From NCBI GenBank assembly GCA_050949045.1, contig JBMNEZ010000001.1:608001-672000 (forward strand): a stretch of DNA of 64,000 nt. Direction: 5' to 3'. The notes beneath the pieces were generated by a model that worked only from the letters and a program-made list of their open reading frames with translations, was not told the origin of the DNA and searched no databases. This DNA is from Candidatus Izemoplasmatales bacterium. GTDB taxonomy: Bacteria; Bacillota_I; Bacilli_A; Izemoplasmatales; Hujiaoplasmataceae. Positions 1-9,583 of the stretch are shown here, in pieces (positions within the stretch are counted from its first letter, which is position 1; every line of letters starts with the position of its first letter). The translations under genes and the position numbers were made by a program.

Positions 1-2
1 AT

Positions 3-473
3 GTTTCCATAAATGCCACCTTCCGTTACCACGCGGTGGTGCGGATGACCTTACTCGGTGCGATTGTCCTGGTTTCTTTTGCATCATATTTCTTCATCGG
101 TAGTCGTTTCTATGTTGCATATGTCATCATCGTCGGCGTGATCGCCCTTATGACCTTGATGGTCCGCCTTTATCTGGCGAAAAGAAAGCAAGATCTCTTC
201 GTTTTGATTTCTATTATCGACAAAGACCCCATTCCCGATACGGAAACAATCCGAGAGATGTGCCGGAGTCTTGGCGGCAATCCCGATAATATCAGTTTTC
301 TCGGTCAAGGATCAAGTATAATGTTGATTAAGAACGAACCACGCACCCTAGTCAAAAAAATACAAAAACAGCTCGAGGATTTCTTTGAAAAGAAGACGAG
401 ACGATTCGGACTTGTCCAGTATTTCCACATCATCATTGCGCTGATCTTGATCGCTTCGATTTGGCGTTTCTAA
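3..473 (+). CDS. hypothetical membrane protein, 5'-truncated by window edge
   Basis: Frame is open from position 3; hydrophobic segments near both ends; stop TAA overlaps the RBS (AAGGAG) of the next gene. Confidence 0.6.
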   Translation, partial: VSINATFRYHAVVRMTLLGAIVLVSFASYFFIGSRFYVAYVIIVGVIALMTLMVRLYLAKRKQDLFVLISIIDKDPIPDTETIREMCRSLGGNPDNISFLGQGSSIMLIKNEPRTLVKKIQKQLEDFFEKKTRRFGLVQYFHIIIALILIASIWRF

Positions 474-485
474 GGAGCATTGTCG

Positions 486-1358
486 ATGACACCAGCTCAA
501 GTTGCGTTTTTCAACAAAAAACCTGAACGGTATTTCGGGGTCAATTATTTTCTGCGCCCCTTTTTTGGTAGTCATCCTTCCCGTCAGTACTTCAGCACCA
601 CCGCTGATATCGATCCCGTGTATCATGAGGATCATGTGGCTGTTGCTCATGAGCGCATCCCCCTAATATTGGACAAGCTTGCTTCCCTTGAGTCCGGGAT
701 GATCGTTGGCTTTTCCCAAAACCCCGATCCTTATGACCCCGCGCTGACAGAGGAACAGCCTATGGAAACTCTTCTCGGCACGATCAGAGACAAGAAACTC
801 GGCCTTTATCTCGAAACCGCCAACGAGGGCTTGATCCGGGACTTGCCATTGATCCAGCAAATCAAAGAGAAAGCTCCGGTCATCGTCACCGTTCCGATTG
901 GTTTTGCGAACGACCAGATCCAACAAGTGATCATTCCCAAAGAGCCGATTTTCGCCAAGAAACTCAGATTGATAGCCAAGCTCGCCGCTGAGGGTATCAA
1001 TGTCGGCACCTTGCTAAAGCCGATCATCCCCTTTGTGAATGACAACGAGGCGCATCTGATTGAAATCATCGAGAAGGCTAAACAGGCAGGAACCTGTTTC
1101 ATCTATCCTTCCTTCGGCATCAATTTGAATTCTTCCCAGCATCGAATGTTCATGGATTTCGTGATGCGGAATTTGCCAGGGCTCAGGAATATCTATATGG
1201 ACCACTTCGGTTTCAAAAAATCATGGGCCTCACCAAAACTTAAACTCCTCAAGAAAACTTTTGTCATTAACATGAAAAAAAACAAACTTCCCTTTGGGAT
1301 GAAGGAAATCATCAGCGGATTAGTCTCAGAAAAAGTAGTTCAACTCAAACTATTTTAA
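486..1358 (+). CDS. radical SAM-like (SplB/DNA-repair-photolyase-like family) protein lacking the CxxxCxxC motif
   Basis: Family-like segments DPY, LIRD, PIIPFVND, FIYPSFG; cysteine triad position reads SHPSRQYF; AAGGAG 8 nt before ATG 486; ends QLKLF. Confidence 0.75.
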   Translation: MTPAQVAFFNKKPERYFGVNYFLRPFFGSHPSRQYFSTTADIDPVYHEDHVAVAHERIPLILDKLASLESGMIVGFSQNPDPYDPALTEEQPMETLLGTIRDKKLGLYLETANEGLIRDLPLIQQIKEKAPVIVTVPIGFANDQIQQVIIPKEPIFAKKLRLIAKLAAEGINVGTLLKPIIPFVNDNEAHLIEIIEKAKQAGTCFIYPSFGINLNSSQHRMFMDFVMRNLPGLRNIYMDHFGFKKSWASPKLKLLKKTFVINMKKNKLPFGMKEIISGLVSEKVVQLKLF

Positions 1359-1381
1359 ACAATACAAAAGAAGGTAATCAT

Positions 1382-2062
1382 ATGTTAAATTTTCTAAACA
1401 AAAACTGGTTATTCTTGGTCCTTCTCTTTGGATCGCTAATGTTGATCACCGCCGCTTATTTGTTGTTTATTTATCTAAAACGTCCCGTGAAAAAGAAAAA
1501 CATTGCGGAGACTAAAACCCAAAAGGCTGAAAAGGACGAACTTAAAATTTCCCTAATTGATCTGATCGATGCCGAGATTACCGGACAGAAAAGCGTTAAA
1601 AAGAAAGCCGTGCAAACGGATGTTTCTTCCCATGAGGCCATTTCTGAAGTTGTCATTGCGTCGGAAAGGGAAAACGAAAACGCTGACGGTGTCACAAGCA
1701 CTATCCCGATGGATATCAGTGAGGTGTCACCGACTGAAAACGTCCCTCAAGAACCAATTTTGACAGGTGAAGCCGAAGAAAAACCGCTCGCTACTGATCC
1801 CCCTAGGGAAAACACACCTTCAACTACTGAAAAATCTCAAAAAAAAGGCGAGAAAAAACCCCCAAAAAAGGAACTCGGAAAGTATCATGTTCTCTTTCGT
1901 AAGAAAGATGGTCGCTGGTATGTGAAACGCGAGGGCTCTGAGCGGATCCTCCGAGTTCTCGACACCCAAAAAGAAGCGATCGCCTATGCCACCATCAAGG
2001 CCATCACCCAGAACACCGCCTTCGTTGTCCACAGACAGGACGGTAAAATCAAAAAACAATAA
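1382..2062 (+). CDS. membrane-anchored protein with C-terminal DUF2188-like domain
   Basis: N-terminal TM helix, low-complexity linker, C-terminal YHV..GRWYVKREGSER..TQKEAIAYA..VHRQDGKIK. Confidence 0.7.
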   Translation: MLNFLNKNWLFLVLLFGSLMLITAAYLLFIYLKRPVKKKNIAETKTQKAEKDELKISLIDLIDAEITGQKSVKKKAVQTDVSSHEAISEVVIASERENENADGVTSTIPMDISEVSPTENVPQEPILTGEAEEKPLATDPPRENTPSTTEKSQKKGEKKPPKKELGKYHVLFRKKDGRWYVKREGSERILRVLDTQKEAIAYATIKAITQNTAFVVHRQDGKIKKQ

Positions 2063-2201
2063 TTTTCACGCAAAACCACATGGTTTTGCCTTTTTTTTAC
2101 AACAAAATCGTCTTGCCGGTTGTTATTATCAGTGAAAACCGAAAAGATTGTCTAGTCCTCGAAAAAAGATGGTAAAATAAGCTTGTGAACGGAGTGGGAC
2201 G

Positions 2202-2741
2202 ATGGAAGACAATCTCGAACGCCTTGTCTGTCGACTCAAAAATGGCGAAGTCCAGGTTTTCGATAAGATTTATGAACTCACATATCGCAAGGTTTATTTC
2301 AAAATAATCCCGATTCTGAGGGATGTTTCTCTTACCGAGGACATTATGCAAGATACCTACATCAAGTTGCTTTCGACAATCCAAAACTACCGGCAAAAAA
2401 ACTTCATCGGGTATTTGTTGACGATCGCCCGCAATCTCGCACTGAACGAACTCAAACGCCGCAAACGCGAGATCACTACTGAAGAAATCGTCTACGATAA
2501 TTCGCAATTCGATTATCAGACTTTGGTTGAATCCAAGGCGGAGAACCGCGCTCTGATCGAACGCGCGCTTTCAGTGCTAGACAATGAGGAACGCAACGTT
2601 GTCTTGTTACATGATGTTGAGAATCTGAAGCACAAAGAGATCGCCGCCATTATCGATAAGCCCCTTGGAACTGTGACATGGCTTTATTCCAGAGCTATTA
2701 AGAAAATCAGGTCTGTGATCAAAGAGGAGGGTTGGCAATGA
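2202..2741 (+). CDS. ECF RNA polymerase sigma factor
   Basis: Region 2 (EDIMQDTYIK..YLLTIARNLALNELK) and region 4 (HKEIAAIIDKPLGTVTWLYSRA); 179 aa. Confidence 0.9.
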   Translation: MEDNLERLVCRLKNGEVQVFDKIYELTYRKVYFKIIPILRDVSLTEDIMQDTYIKLLSTIQNYRQKNFIGYLLTIARNLALNELKRRKREITTEEIVYDNSQFDYQTLVESKAENRALIERALSVLDNEERNVVLLHDVENLKHKEIAAIIDKPLGTVTWLYSRAIKKIRSVIKEEGWQ

Positions 2742-3667
2742 AGATAAACGCATTCAAAAAAATGCTCAGAGAGCAGATGTCTTTTGACGTTCCTTCCCCA
2801 CGCTCGCGCTTAAAGGATCCTGAACAATATCTTGAAACCCAGACTGAAACCGTAAAACCCCGGTTGGTACTGAAACCGTTCCTCATCGCTTTTTCTTCGC
2901 TTCTTGTCGCCGTCGTTGTCTTTCTTGGAGGCTACCTAGCCTTGACGCCGTCCGTCAATTTGACCCTTGACATCAATCCATCTTTCCAAATCTCGCTCAA
3001 TGCGTTTGACCGCATCATCGACATCAGGGGGAAAGACGAACAGGCTCAAGCCATCATCGACCAGCTTGATAATCCGCACGGAAGGCTCGACAAAGTCATC
3101 CCCGACTTATATGAAAAAGGCATTCAAGCAGACGCTTTCCACGCTGATGAAGCTTACCTGCTCTTCGGGGTCGCCGGTGACAACTATAAAAAGGAACAGC
3201 GAGTCAGAACTAAGCTCCTTGATATCAAAGTGACCGAAGCAACGACCGTCTACGTCATAAACAAACATTCCGAATCGTCTGAAACTCTCCATTTCCGCTT
3301 CGCCTCGGCATCAGCTCCCAAGGGCGATCGGGACAACAATATTGACACAGCCTCCAAAAATACGGTGACTGCTAACTATTTCTCGGAGGAAAACACTACG
3401 AAAACAGTGCCAGCAAGCAGCTACGACAGCGTCTTATTTGATGATATGATCACCGTTTTTGCTTCAAATTATCCTGAAGGAACCCTAACCGAATCAGAGT
3501 ATCTGGACCTTGCCTCCACGCTTCAGGTTTCCGAGGCCAAACTACAAATGGCACTTGAAGTATTCGTATTCTATGACGAATATGATAGCGCTGATGACTT
3601 GTCATTCTTGGCAAATCTCGATTTGAAAGATTTGTTTGAACTCTATGAAAAGACAATATTGCCTTGA
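2738..3667 (+). CDS. anti-sigma factor with RsgI-like extracytoplasmic domain
   Basis: ATGA overlap with sigma gene; single TM followed by LTLDINPSFQISLNAFDRII, the RsgI-type juxtamembrane motif. Confidence 0.75.
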   Translation: MKINAFKKMLREQMSFDVPSPRSRLKDPEQYLETQTETVKPRLVLKPFLIAFSSLLVAVVVFLGGYLALTPSVNLTLDINPSFQISLNAFDRIIDIRGKDEQAQAIIDQLDNPHGRLDKVIPDLYEKGIQADAFHADEAYLLFGVAGDNYKKEQRVRTKLLDIKVTEATTVYVINKHSESSETLHFRFASASAPKGDRDNNIDTASKNTVTANYFSEENTTKTVPASSYDSVLFDDMITVFASNYPEGTLTESEYLDLASTLQVSEAKLQMALEVFVFYDEYDSADDLSFLANLDLKDLFELYEKTILP

Positions 3668-3692
3668 TTGGTATGCTCAGTCGACGATGATT

Positions 3693-3721
3693 ACCGCGTG
3701 TTTTCAATGCGCGGTTTTTTT
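3693..3721 (+). terminator. intrinsic terminator of sigma/anti-sigma operon
   Basis: ACCGCGTG/TGCGCGGT stem followed by T-run. Confidence 0.75.
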
Positions 3722-3943
3722 GTGGACATTGCCTTAACAACTCATTTATGGCTAAGAAAGTGTAATTACAACATTCAAGGAATTCGAATGACAGACAATA
3801 TTACTATTAAATAACCTGTATTCGATAACGATGATGGTCATGATTTCGATAGTGACCAGAAAAATCTTGAACTGCTTTCAATAATCGACATATTCATAAA
3901 TTTAAAACTAAAAAAGGCAGCCTCATGATCGGCTACCTTTATA

Positions 3944-4759
3944 CTATTCTATAGTGTGTGTCAGTTGTTTGAGCCGTTTCTTATTATAAAGGCCAAAAAC
4001 TGAATATACGAGGACAAACGCCAAAAACACGAGAATGACGAGGACAATCATATGGTACCCATCCGGAAGAACGTTGAGAATGGGAACCGGGCCGCCATAG
4101 AAAGGATTCGCCATCAAATACATATTGTTGGCGCCGGGATCGATGAACAGATTGCCAATCATCGCCCAGGCGGTAATCAGAATACAGCCAACGAGCGTAT
4201 TGAGCCAATTCTCCTTTCTCAGAACGAACTCGCCGGTAAGCAGCTGAAAACAGGAAACAAAGAACAATAGGAAATGGACGACGAGGCTTCTTAGAATCGG
4301 AAAGGTGAAAACAAACGGATCGCCGTAGAGGACACCGACCGGATAAATGATCACAGCCAAGCCACCAATGATCGATGTCGAGTAAATGAAATCCTTTGCT
4401 TTCTTCCAGTCGAACCAAATAACCAGCGGCAGAAGAACATTGTTGACTCCGCAAAGTTGAAAAGAAATGAGGGTTCGAAAATCTAACAAGGGATGAGAGT
4501 ATGAAGACAATTGGTCGCCATAGCGGTTCCATTCCCAAATAAACAGCACTTCCCCGGCGTACTTCAACAGTAACATGATCACACAACAGACAGTCACAAA
4601 CAACTTTCTGGTTTTCGCACTCTTCCGCTTGAATATTTTCATCAAGAAAATGAAGAGGATGATAGAAACTATGATGTATAGGAAGTGTTGCCATTTGAAC
4701 AAATATTGGGTGGGATGGTCATCCATCCCCGAACTGGTGAAAAAAGTCGACAGCGTCAT
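3944..4759 (-). CDS. YwaF/TMEM164-like integral membrane protein
   Basis: Multiple TMs with F..QH, QLC, H..L and ANNMYL motifs; RBS GAGGTG before ATG 4759. Confidence 0.7.
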   Translation of the reverse strand: MTLSTFFTSSGMDDHPTQYLFKWQHFLYIIVSIILFIFLMKIFKRKSAKTRKLFVTVCCVIMLLLKYAGEVLFIWEWNRYGDQLSSYSHPLLDFRTLISFQLCGVNNVLLPLVIWFDWKKAKDFIYSTSIIGGLAVIIYPVGVLYGDPFVFTFPILRSLVVHFLLFFVSCFQLLTGEFVLRKENWLNTLVGCILITAWAMIGNLFIDPGANNMYLMANPFYGGPVPILNVLPDGYHMIVLVILVFLAFVLVYSVFGLYNKKRLKQLTHTIE

Positions 4760-4911
4760 CGTACACCTCAATGATTGTTTCATTAGTATTATAATACATT
4801 TCTTGAAAATCTTCGGTAAAAATTTGCATTTCTCCATTTTCATATATTTTCTTGCAAAAAATCATCTAAGTAGTAAAATAGAAATGCAAGTGCTTTCAAG
4901 GAGGACTTCTG

Positions 4912-6540
4912 ATGATCAGAATCAAAATCGGGGAGCAGATGCGCTCATATCCCCATCCCGTACGCTTGGAAGATCTCGCCAATGAATTCACGGGACCATT
5001 CTATGCGGCCAAAGTCAACAATCGACTTCGGGAACTGACCTATGTCGTCAACCAGGACGCCACCGTCGAGTTCCTTGATTTCACTTATCAAGACGCAGCC
5101 AGGATCTATGCGACCAGCATGCGCTATTTGGTTTCAATGGCCTTTGACAGTGTCTATCCCAATCTCCAGATCAAGTTCTCAAACAGCATCGCGATGGGAA
5201 TCTATGGACGCGCTGTCAACGGTGTCATCACCGCGGCGATGATCGACGGTGTGATCACTGAGATGCATCGGTTGATCGCGCTTGATCTGCCAATTGTCCG
5301 TAAAAAGATTACGATCGCCGATGCCAAGAAGTATTATCGTTCCAAAGGTTATCTTGATAAAGTCGAGACCCTTAATTACCGCAAACAGATCGTCAATATC
5401 TATGAATGCCAAGGTTACCGGAACTATATGTATGGCTATATGGTTCCCTCAACTGGGTATTTGAGAGAGTTTGAACTTTTCTATTACAGTCCCGGATTTC
5501 TGGTGCGCTATCCAAGAATTGAGGAAAAAGGGCAGATCCCCGAGTTTGTCGACTCGCCGAGCTTTCTTCGAGTTCTCAACCGGGCCGAGCAATGGGCGAT
5601 CAACTGCGACAGCGATATGATCTACAAGATGAATAAGAAGATTGAACAGAACTTGCAAGTTGAATTCGTCAACATGTGCGAGACGAAACATAATAACCAG
5701 CTATGCGAACTTGGAGACATCATCTCTCGTGATATCAATAACATCCGTCTAATCGCAATTGCCGGACCTTCATCGTCCGGAAAGACGACCTTCTCGAGAC
5801 GTCTCGAGATCGAACTGCTTACAAGAGGCATCAAACCGAAAATGATCTCGATTGACAATTACTACTTGCCTGTGGAAAAGGCTCCGATCGATGAGTTTGG
5901 ACAACCTGATATGGAACATGTGAACGCTCTCGATCTTGATCTCTTCAACCGCAATATCACAGATCTCATCAACGGAGAAGCGGTTTCACTGCCCTATTTC
6001 GACTTCAAGACACACCGACGCCGCTATACCGTGCCGATCAAGATTGCCTCCCACAATCCGATCATCATCGAAGGAATCCATGCCCTCAATGACCTCTTGA
6101 CCGAATTCATCCCTTCTAACCATAAATTCAAAATCTATATTTCACCATTGTCTCAGATCAATATCGATTACAATAACCCGATCAGCTTGACCGATATCAG
6201 ACTGCTGCGCCGTATTGTTAGAGATCTCCAGTTTCGTGGTACCCCATGTGAAAAAACGCTGAGCATGTGGGCCTCCGTCCGCAGGGGTGAATTCAAATGG
6301 ATCTATCCCTTTATCGAGAGTGCCAACTACATCTACAACTCCGAATTGACCTATGAACTCTGCGTATTGAAGAAATACGCGATGAAAGCTCTGTTACAAA
6401 TCCCGAATGACTCTGAACACTTTATCGCCGCCAACAGGCTGATCAAGTTTCTCAAGTACTTCAAGGAAATCAGCCAATACCTTGTTCCCTGCAATTCGTT
6501 GTTGCGGGAATTCATCGGTGGCAGCGTCTTCGAACACTAG
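4912..6540 (+). CDS. nucleoside (uridine) kinase with ThrRS-like N-terminal domains
   Basis: AAKVNNRLREL TGS-like start; P-loop AGPSSSGKTT; IIIEGIHALN; RLLRRIVRD. Confidence 0.88.
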   Translation: MIRIKIGEQMRSYPHPVRLEDLANEFTGPFYAAKVNNRLRELTYVVNQDATVEFLDFTYQDAARIYATSMRYLVSMAFDSVYPNLQIKFSNSIAMGIYGRAVNGVITAAMIDGVITEMHRLIALDLPIVRKKITIADAKKYYRSKGYLDKVETLNYRKQIVNIYECQGYRNYMYGYMVPSTGYLREFELFYYSPGFLVRYPRIEEKGQIPEFVDSPSFLRVLNRAEQWAINCDSDMIYKMNKKIEQNLQVEFVNMCETKHNNQLCELGDIISRDINNIRLIAIAGPSSSGKTTFSRRLEIELLTRGIKPKMISIDNYYLPVEKAPIDEFGQPDMEHVNALDLDLFNRNITDLINGEAVSLPYFDFKTHRRRYTVPIKIASHNPIIIEGIHALNDLLTEFIPSNHKFKIYISPLSQINIDYNNPISLTDIRLLRRIVRDLQFRGTPCEKTLSMWASVRRGEFKWIYPFIESANYIYNSELTYELCVLKKYAMKALLQIPNDSEHFIAANRLIKFLKYFKEISQYLVPCNSLLREFIGGSVFEH

Positions 6541-6663
6541 CGACAGTGTTCTTTTTTTTGTTTCTTTCCGTTCTAGATTAAAAGAGATTTAACTTGATGA
6601 TGGCGAATTGTATCACCACTGTGATATAATATTTATGAAACAATTGAGAAGAAGGTGAAACCC

Positions 6664-8106
6664 ATGAATGTCTTGCATGTCAGTTCAGAATGCTATCCCT
6701 TTGTCAAAGTTGGCGGGTTGGCCGACGTTGTCGGCTCCTTACCTCTTGAGATCAAGCGGCTACGAAATGTCGATGTCAGGGTTGCTTTGCCGCTATACAA
6801 GACGATCATCGACCGCTATCAAGACCAACTTGAAGATCTTTTGAACTTCACCATTGATTTAGGAGCGAAGAAAAACGTCTATGTTGGTGTAAAAACACTA
6901 AAGTTCAAAGGTGTCGACTTCTATTTCATCGACAATCTGCTTTTGTTCGGTTCTAGAGAACAAGTCTATGACTACGGTGATGAAGCCGAGCGTTTTGCTT
7001 TCTTCCAGCTCGCTGTTCTCGAATCGCTTTCCCGCATTCCTTTTCAACCGGATATCATCCATGTTCATGACTGGCACACAGCGATGATTCCCTTGCTTCT
7101 CAAGACCAAGTATTCGGGAACACTAAAGGCAAAATCGGTTTTGACGATCCACAATCTCGCCTATCAGGGCGTCTTTCCGCTATCTGAAGTCTCTGCCTTC
7201 GGCATCGACAGCAATCCGGCCTATGAGTTTGAAGGGTTCCTCAATTATTTGAAATCAGGGATCGTTTCAAGCGATCTCGTGACTACTGTTTCAGAAACCT
7301 ACGCCAGAGAGATCCTCACCGACTACTACGGATACGGGCTTCAGCGTTTGCTCAGATCCAGAGGCAAGCAGTTTATCGGAATCCTCAACGGCATCAGTTA
7401 TCATGATTTCAATCCCTCCACAGACAAACTGATCCGGTATAACTACGATATCGAGACTTACCAGGAGGGCAAACAAAAGAACAAGGTAGCCCTTCAAGAC
7501 CTGACGGGTTTCGAATTCCCCCTTGATAAGCCCTTGTTAGCGCTCGTATCCAGGCTAGTAAGCCAGAAAGGCATGGATCTCATCAAACGGATTTTTGATG
7601 AGATGCTGGCAATCGACGATTTTTATTTTATCGTTCTCGGCAGCGGCGAGATTGAGTACCAGGACTATTTCCTCGGACTGATGGGACGCTTCCCCGAACG
7701 CGTTTTTGTCAAGATCGGTTATGATGATAAATTAGCCCACCAAATCTACGCTGCGAGCGACATGTTCTTGATGCCCTCGAAATTCGAACCATGCGGACTA
7801 AGCCAGATGATCTCCCTAAGGTACGGTACGATACCGATCGTCCGCGAGACCGGCGGCCTCATCGACACTGTCCAGCCCTTCAATGAATATGAATTGACCG
7901 GCAACGGTTTTAGCTTCACTAATTTCAACGCCCATGATATGATGCGTGTAATCCGCTACGCCTTGACTATCTTCCGCTTGCCAGAAGCCTGGGATGCGAT
8001 CGTCAGACGGGCGATGCTCGCCGACTTCAGTTGGAGTCAATCGGCAAAAAAATACCGAAAGGCTTACCGTGATCTCATGCCAAAGAAAACAAAGGGGGGA
8101 AAATAA
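6664..8106 (+). CDS. glgA: glycogen synthase
   Basis: KVGGLADV, HVHDWHT, TIHNLAYQG, PSKFEPCGLSQ. Confidence 0.96.
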   Translation: MNVLHVSSECYPFVKVGGLADVVGSLPLEIKRLRNVDVRVALPLYKTIIDRYQDQLEDLLNFTIDLGAKKNVYVGVKTLKFKGVDFYFIDNLLLFGSREQVYDYGDEAERFAFFQLAVLESLSRIPFQPDIIHVHDWHTAMIPLLLKTKYSGTLKAKSVLTIHNLAYQGVFPLSEVSAFGIDSNPAYEFEGFLNYLKSGIVSSDLVTTVSETYAREILTDYYGYGLQRLLRSRGKQFIGILNGISYHDFNPSTDKLIRYNYDIETYQEGKQKNKVALQDLTGFEFPLDKPLLALVSRLVSQKGMDLIKRIFDEMLAIDDFYFIVLGSGEIEYQDYFLGLMGRFPERVFVKIGYDDKLAHQIYAASDMFLMPSKFEPCGLSQMISLRYGTIPIVRETGGLIDTVQPFNEYELTGNGFSFTNFNAHDMMRVIRYALTIFRLPEAWDAIVRRAMLADFSWSQSAKKYRKAYRDLMPKKTKGGK

Positions 8107-9341
8107 TGGAAGTATTAGCACTGATCCTTGCGGGGGGGCGAGGCTCACGCCTCGACATTCTCTCGGAAGACCGGGTCAAACCAAGTGTTCCGTTTGCGGG
8201 GAAATATCGGATCATCGACTTCACGCTCTCGAACTGCTCCAATTCTGGGATCTACAATATCGCGATTTTGACACAGTACCTTCCGTTTTCTCTGAACGAT
8301 CACATCGGCTCCGGCAAACCTTGGGATCTCGACCGGCGCGACTCGAAAGTGACCTTACTGCAGCCGCACAGTGAATGGTACAACGGAACAGCAGACGCCG
8401 TCAGAAAAAACATTCACTACATCGAGCAGAGCCATGCCAAATACGTTCTGATACTCTCGGGCGACCACATCTACAAAATGGACTACCGCAAGATGCTCAG
8501 GCAACACGCTGAAACCAATGCCGATCTCACGATTGCCTGCAAGGTCATCGACCCAAAGGATGCCTCCCGCTTTGGAATGCTAGATGCGGATGAAACCAAC
8601 AAGATCTTTAGGTTTCAAGAAAAGCCAAAACAAACCAAATCGAACTTGGCATCAATGGGGATCTACGTCTTCAACACCGAAGTCTTGCTTGAAAAACTGC
8701 AAAACAACGATATCACGGATCTTGATTTCGGCAAGCACATCATCCCCTCGATGATCGAACATAATCCGGTTTACGCCTTTCGCTTCAGTGATTACTGGAA
8801 AGACGTCGGAACCTATGATTCCTATCTCGAGGCCAATCTCGAACTGATCGAAACCGTCGATAAGATTCCCCTTGATATGTATGATCACAACTGGAAAATC
8901 TATACCAAATCCGAAGAACTTCCGGCAGTCAAGATCGGTTCAAAAGCTTTGATTCGCCAAGCGCTCCTCTCAAATGGCTCGATCGTCGCAGGCATCGTCG
9001 AACGCAGTGTCCTCAGTCCTGGGGTTGTTGTTCACCCCTTGGCAAGAGTCACCAATTCGGTCATTCTCAATAATGTGCAGGTCTTCCCGGGCGCCGTCGT
9101 TGAAAACTGTATCATTGACAAGCATTCGCAGATCGGCGAGAATGCCTTCGTTGGTTTTGGCAACGATTACCAGCCAAACAAAGAGAAGCCCGACTTGTTG
9201 TCATCGGGCATCACGGTACTCGGAAAAAGCCTTCATGTTCCAAAAAATATGGTCATCGGTCGCAACTGTCGAATTTTTCAAACCGCTGACCTCACAAAAA
9301 CAGTTGACAATATCATCCCCTCGGGGACGACAATGAGATAA
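8106..9341 (+). CDS. glgC: glucose-1-phosphate adenylyltransferase
   Basis: LAGGRGSRL, KPSVPFAGKYRIIDF, SGDHIYKMDY, DFGKHIIP, YWKDVGT. Confidence 0.95.
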   Translation: MEVLALILAGGRGSRLDILSEDRVKPSVPFAGKYRIIDFTLSNCSNSGIYNIAILTQYLPFSLNDHIGSGKPWDLDRRDSKVTLLQPHSEWYNGTADAVRKNIHYIEQSHAKYVLILSGDHIYKMDYRKMLRQHAETNADLTIACKVIDPKDASRFGMLDADETNKIFRFQEKPKQTKSNLASMGIYVFNTEVLLEKLQNNDITDLDFGKHIIPSMIEHNPVYAFRFSDYWKDVGTYDSYLEANLELIETVDKIPLDMYDHNWKIYTKSEELPAVKIGSKALIRQALLSNGSIVAGIVERSVLSPGVVVHPLARVTNSVILNNVQVFPGAVVENCIIDKHSQIGENAFVGFGNDYQPNKEKPDLLSSGITVLGKSLHVPKNMVIGRNCRIFQTADLTKTVDNIIPSGTTMR

Positions 9342-9364
9342 AAAAAAGGGCTCTCGCCCTTTTT
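9341..9364. terminator. bidirectional terminator between glgC and tRNA-Thr
   Basis: A-run, AGGGC-TCTC-GCCCT hairpin, T-run. Confidence 0.7.
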
Positions 9365-9373
9365 ACTAGCAAA

Positions 9374-9447
9374 TGGTGCTCCCACCAAGAATCGAACTTG
9401 GATTTCAGCATTACCATTGCTGTGTTCTGCCATTAAACTATAGGAGC
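9374..9447 (-). tRNA. tRNA-Thr(GGT)
   Basis: Cloverleaf GCTCCTA..TGGGAGC-ACCA; anticodon arm CAGCA-ATGGTAA-TGCTG; TTCGA T-loop. Confidence 0.95.
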
Positions 9448-9583
9448 TTTGCTTTTCATATTATAATCAAGTTTTCCTGAAAAAGCAACTATTATCGATT
9501 TCCTAGGAAATCGTCACAATTGATCGGAAACATTGCTTGAAATGCTATTACTTTATACAATCAGGTTTGTGGAGGCGATAGTC

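Noticed and set aside
3984..4694. Long alternative-frame or antisense ORFs (e.g. 3984-4694, 39847-40590, 41733-42500)
   Set aside because: They overlap well-supported genes, lack RBS or motifs, and are expected shadows of biased codon usage
6664..9341. glgA-glgC without glgB, glgD or glgP
   Set aside because: Split glycogen operons are common and the other genes may lie outside the window
9374..9447. A32 in the tRNA-Thr(GGT) anticodon loop
   Set aside because: The loop AUGGUAA is also found in Bacillus tRNA-Thr(GGU), so it is not unusual
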